From the NCBI GenBank assembly GCA_963678775.2, contig CAXXGR010000004.1, forward strand, positions 136,747 to 200,746: a DNA stretch of 64,000 nt. Reading direction: 5' to 3'. Of the stretch, positions 60,929 to 64,000 are shown piece after piece (position 1 is the stretch's first letter; each line of letters begins with the position of its first letter). The notes below the pieces were generated by a model that was not told the DNA's origin, made no database searches, and saw only the letters and a list, made by a program, of their open reading frames with translations. Source of the DNA: Candidatus Kapaibacterium sp. GTDB lineage: Bacteria; Bacteroidota; Ignavibacteria; Kapaibacteriales; UBA2268. The position numbers and the translations under genes were made by a program.

Positions 60929-62284
60929 ATGATTGAAAAAAGAATTTTTAGATATAATAATATTGAAATCAAGCCCGGCACTGTGATTTATAAGATGAGC
61001 AGAGATCAGAGGGTGCAGTATAATCATGCTCTTAGTTATGCCGTCGATGTGGCTTACGCAACTAAGTCAGATGTGCTTGTATGTTTTAGTCTGGTCAATA
61101 ATTTTTTAGATGCACCAGAAAGACACTTTGAATTTATGCTAAAAGGCTTAGAAGAAACTGCTGCCGAGCTTGAGAACTTAAATATACCTTTTGTACTGCT
61201 TTTTGGCAGTCCGGGAGTTACAATCCCAAAGCTGATTGGAGATACCAATGCAGGTCTACTTATTTCTGATTTTGACCCTCTAAAAATCAAATTGAAGTGG
61301 AACAGTGAAATAATTTCAAATATAAACATTGCCTTCCATGAGGTAGACACTCATAATATTATTCCTGCAAGATTTATCAGTCCAAAGGAAGAATTTGCAG
61401 CATATACATTAAGACCTAAAGTACGAAAGTTAGAAGCTGAATTCATAAAAAGTATGCCTCAGTTCGAACGTATAGTTTATGAAAGGAAAAATCAAATAGA
61501 TAATAGAACTCAATTTGAAGCAATTGACTATTCAATTTTCGACAAGTCTGTGAGTGCAGTCTCTAACGTAAAAGCAGGAAGAAAAATCGCACTTGACACT
61601 TTAGACGTTTTTCTCAAATATAGATTGGAGAAGTATAGCACGCTGAGAAATGAACCCGGGGCAGACTTCCAGTCCGAGCTTTCACCATACCTGCATTTTG
61701 GTCAGATATCATCTTTAGAGGCTGTTTTACAAGTGATTGAATCTGATGCACCACAAGAAGCGAAAGATGCTTTTATTGAAGAAATCTTTGTCCGAAAGGA
61801 GCTCGCAGATAATTACTGCCTTTATAATAGAAATTATGACTCGATGGAAGGTTTCAGGGATTGGGCAAAAAAAACATTAATAGAGCATATACATGATAAA
61901 AGGGAATATCTGTATACGATCGAACAGTTTGATAATGCTGATACTCACGACGTATATTGGAATGCAGCCCAAAAGGAATTGGTAAACAATGGGAAAATGC
62001 ACGGGTATATGCGGATGTACTGGGCAAAGAAAATATTAGAATGGACTGAAACACCTGAGCAGTCTATGACAATCGCAATTTACTTAAACGACAAATACAG
62101 CTTAGACGGTCGCGACCCTAACGGATATGCCGGCATAGCATGGAGTATCGGAGGAATTCATGACAGAGCTTGGGGAGAAAGAAATGTTTTTGGGAAAATA
62201 AGATACATGAATGATAAAGGACTTAAGCGTAAGTTTGACATGGATGCCTACTTACGCAAAGTCAACTCAATAAAACTTATATGA
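60929..62284 (+). CDS. phrB: Class II CPD photolyase
   Basis: MSRDQRV..N.AL, SELSPYLHFGQIS, GYMRMYWAKKILEW, DGRDPNGYAG. Confidence 0.92.
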   Translation: MIEKRIFRYNNIEIKPGTVIYKMSRDQRVQYNHALSYAVDVAYATKSDVLVCFSLVNNFLDAPERHFEFMLKGLEETAAELENLNIPFVLLFGSPGVTIPKLIGDTNAGLLISDFDPLKIKLKWNSEIISNINIAFHEVDTHNIIPARFISPKEEFAAYTLRPKVRKLEAEFIKSMPQFERIVYERKNQIDNRTQFEAIDYSIFDKSVSAVSNVKAGRKIALDTLDVFLKYRLEKYSTLRNEPGADFQSELSPYLHFGQISSLEAVLQVIESDAPQEAKDAFIEEIFVRKELADNYCLYNRNYDSMEGFRDWAKKTLIEHIHDKREYLYTIEQFDNADTHDVYWNAAQKELVNNGKMHGYMRMYWAKKILEWTETPEQSMTIAIYLNDKYSLDGRDPNGYAGIAWSIGGIHDRAWGERNVFGKIRYMNDKGLKRKFDMDAYLRKVNSIKLI

Positions 62285-62929
62285 CCAATTAATTCCGAAG
62301 ATGCTGACGGTTTTGTCCGACAATAGCATATCTTCGAACATATAGCATAGTTCTAAATCAGAATAGCGAGTCAGCTCTACTTTTGAGCCAATAGAGTATC
62401 TTACTTTATAGAATTCACCTTGATCTTCGCCAAGCGAGCTATAGAAGACATCTGCAGAAATAAATGGGTCTAAATTTCTATCATATTTATATGATATTTC
62501 AAATTTATTACGATATTGCTCCGGTGAGTCTGTAAGCTCAGAGTATTTGCGGTGATACCTAAGCCTATACGAAAATTCAAAATCACCTAAATCAAAACCA
62601 GAGCTTAAATTACCATATAATTCGTGTCTGGCATAAGAACTATAAGAACGATATCTATAGGCAGTAGTCACTGATAGGTATTTAAAGATATCATAAGATA
62701 AAGCAAAGTCTGTTACGCTCTGACCAAATGAACTAATATTTTCGTCAAAGCGTAGCTCCTGACCCAAAGAGAACTCCAAATCATTAGTAATGACATAAGT
62801 GAGCTCCACTCCTGACCACATTTCTGTATCCGTGTTAGCTTTCTCCATTGGCTGAGCATTTGAAATACTAAAACAGCAAAGCAACACAAACAGAAGACTA
62901 ATTATATCTGTTAGCTTTTTCATCTTCAA
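62267..62929 (-). CDS. DUF2490-like outer-membrane beta-barrel
   Basis: Signal peptide, amphipathic strands, C-terminal aromatic residue; typical context after DUF4956. Confidence 0.7.
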   Translation of the reverse strand: MKMKKLTDIISLLFVLLCCFSISNAQPMEKANTDTEMWSGVELTYVITNDLEFSLGQELRFDENISSFGQSVTDFALSYDIFKYLSVTTAYRYRSYSSYARHELYGNLSSGFDLGDFEFSYRLRYHRKYSELTDSPEQYRNKFEISYKYDRNLDPFISADVFYSSLGEDQGEFYKVRYSIGSKVELTRYSDLELCYMFEDMLLSDKTVSIFGINWSYKFY

Positions 62930-63527
62930 AGTAAAATATCTTTATTCGTGCAACATCTCGAAGGAAATCAATCTTGCCTACTTCAGCTCTATGAATTTTA
63001 AGACCTGTTCTCTCTCTTAGATCATCAAGCAAATCGTCATATCTGTCAGGCTTAATAAGATCTATTTTTTCGTAGAGCACTTCTCTTTTATATTCGTTTT
63101 TAACCCAAGTTTTTTCTAAAACTAATGCAAACGAAATAAGCATAATATTAGGGAATAATAGCTCTATAAAGCTGATACTCCCTGTAGTAAGGGAGTTTAT
63201 AATTGCAACACTAAGAGAGATAAACATATAAGTCATCTCTTTTATAGGCACCGTGGTAGTTCGATATCTCAAAATAGAAAATATCGCAAACACACCAAAT
63301 GCAAAACCTATTGAAATCTTAGCACTGCTAAGCAGAAAACAAACAAAAAATACGACTAAATTGAAAATAAAAAGTGTAAATAAGTAGTCTCTGTTTTGTC
63401 TTAATTTGTAGTAAATAAGTCTGGCAATGACGTAAATCACTATCAGATTGAAAAAGAATCTAAAAGCTAATTCTCTGAAACCATCTGCATTAAAAAAGTC
63501 CAGTCCGATGAAGTCACTAATATTCAT
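62898..63527 (-). CDS. DUF4956-family membrane protein
   Basis: IGFAFGVFAIFSILRYRT..IKEMTY; DLRERTGL. Confidence 0.8.
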   Translation of the reverse strand: MNISDFIGLDFFNADGFRELAFRFFFNLIVIYVIARLIYYKLRQNRDYLFTLFIFNLVVFFVCFLLSSAKISIGFAFGVFAIFSILRYRTTTVPIKEMTYMFISLSVAIINSLTTGSISFIELLFPNIMLISFALVLEKTWVKNEYKREVLYEKIDLIKPDRYDDLLDDLRERTGLKIHRAEVGKIDFLRDVARIKIFYFEDEKANRYN

Positions 63528-64000
63528 ATCCTAAGTCACAAATTTGGTTAATACGTAGTAGTTTTTCTTTAAATCTGTTATATTTAATGCCCGGAGTAGT
63601 TAAAATAATACCTAGGCAGTATTTGCTTATTTTCATTGGCCTAATGCCCTGCTCTTTGAGCAACTGAGTAAAAGCAGTATGGGGCTTGAGCCTATCAACT
63701 TTTATTTCGATAATCGCAAGATCTTCTAAATATTTAGAATTTTTATAATTGTCGAAGTTCAACCCAAAATCAAGAGTAATTTTCTCCTTTGATAGAGAAT
63801 TTACTATGGTGATGCGGTTGTATGTGATATTTAATGCTTTTTGCAGCATATCCGGATTAATGCCTAGACTATCCTTAATTAGCTTATCTGCACCACCATT
63901 GATATGTGTTTCAAATCCAAACTTCTGCATTCGTGTTTTTTCAGTTTTGCTTTTATTGGTTTTAAATTTAAGCTCAAAAAAGAATTTATCTACATCCACA
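63517..64000 (-). CDS. VTC/polyphosphate polymerase domain protein (5' part outside the window)
   Basis: FFELK, TEKTR, YNRIT, ITLD, IIEIK, ISKYCLG CYTH/VTC motifs. Confidence 0.8.
   Translation of the reverse strand, partial: VDVDKFFFELKFKTNKSKTEKTRMQKFGFETHINGGADKLIKDSLGINPDMLQKALNITYNRITIVNSLSKEKITLDFGLNFDNYKNSKYLEDLAIIEIKVDRLKPHTAFTQLLKEQGIRPMKISKYCLGIILTTPGIKYNRFKEKLLRINQICDLGYEY

Noticed and set aside
867-62054. Numerous short ORFs overlapping larger genes (e.g. 867..1442, 22843..23295, 44759..45211, 59986..60453)
   Set aside because: Antisense or alternate-frame shadows of well-supported genes; no motifs or RBS.

Overview
AT-rich bacterial chromosomal window from an FCB-group lineage, most consistent with Ignavibacteria/Ca. 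Kapabacteria. This is inferred from many type IX secretion (T9SS) C-terminal-domain proteins, Bacteroidota-type TAnnTTTG promoter motifs, Shine-Dalgarno use and a flagellar flhA. Housekeeping genes (murG, flhA, upp, clpC, asnS, ruvB, dnaB, mltG, class II photolyase) are interspersed with accessory DNA. The most notable structure is two integrase-free ~2.2-2.5 kb insertions within 7.5 kb, each bounded by ~100-bp direct repeats. (1) A C-R-M type II restriction-modification cassette is flanked by a perfect 113-bp duplication of the mltG 3' end. (2) A T9SS cargo gene is flanked by two ORF-less group IIC intron remnants (220 and 81 nt), each directly behind a Rho-independent terminator; they share a 93-bp repeat that extends 15 nt past the intron 3' end. 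Other accessory features: an orphan RHS C-terminal JAB/DUF4329-type toxin module missed by the ORF track, whose core is broken by REP-like palindromes; two copies of a ~177-bp MITE; two tandem ~1870-aa secreted paralogs, one with a sharp internal codon-composition switch; an exported membrane-anchored beta-carbonic anhydrase coupled to an outer-membrane barrel; several degenerate enzymes/sensors; and small pseudogenes. No rRNA, tRNA or CRISPR array was seen. All calls come from reading the sequence by eye; no database searches were run.
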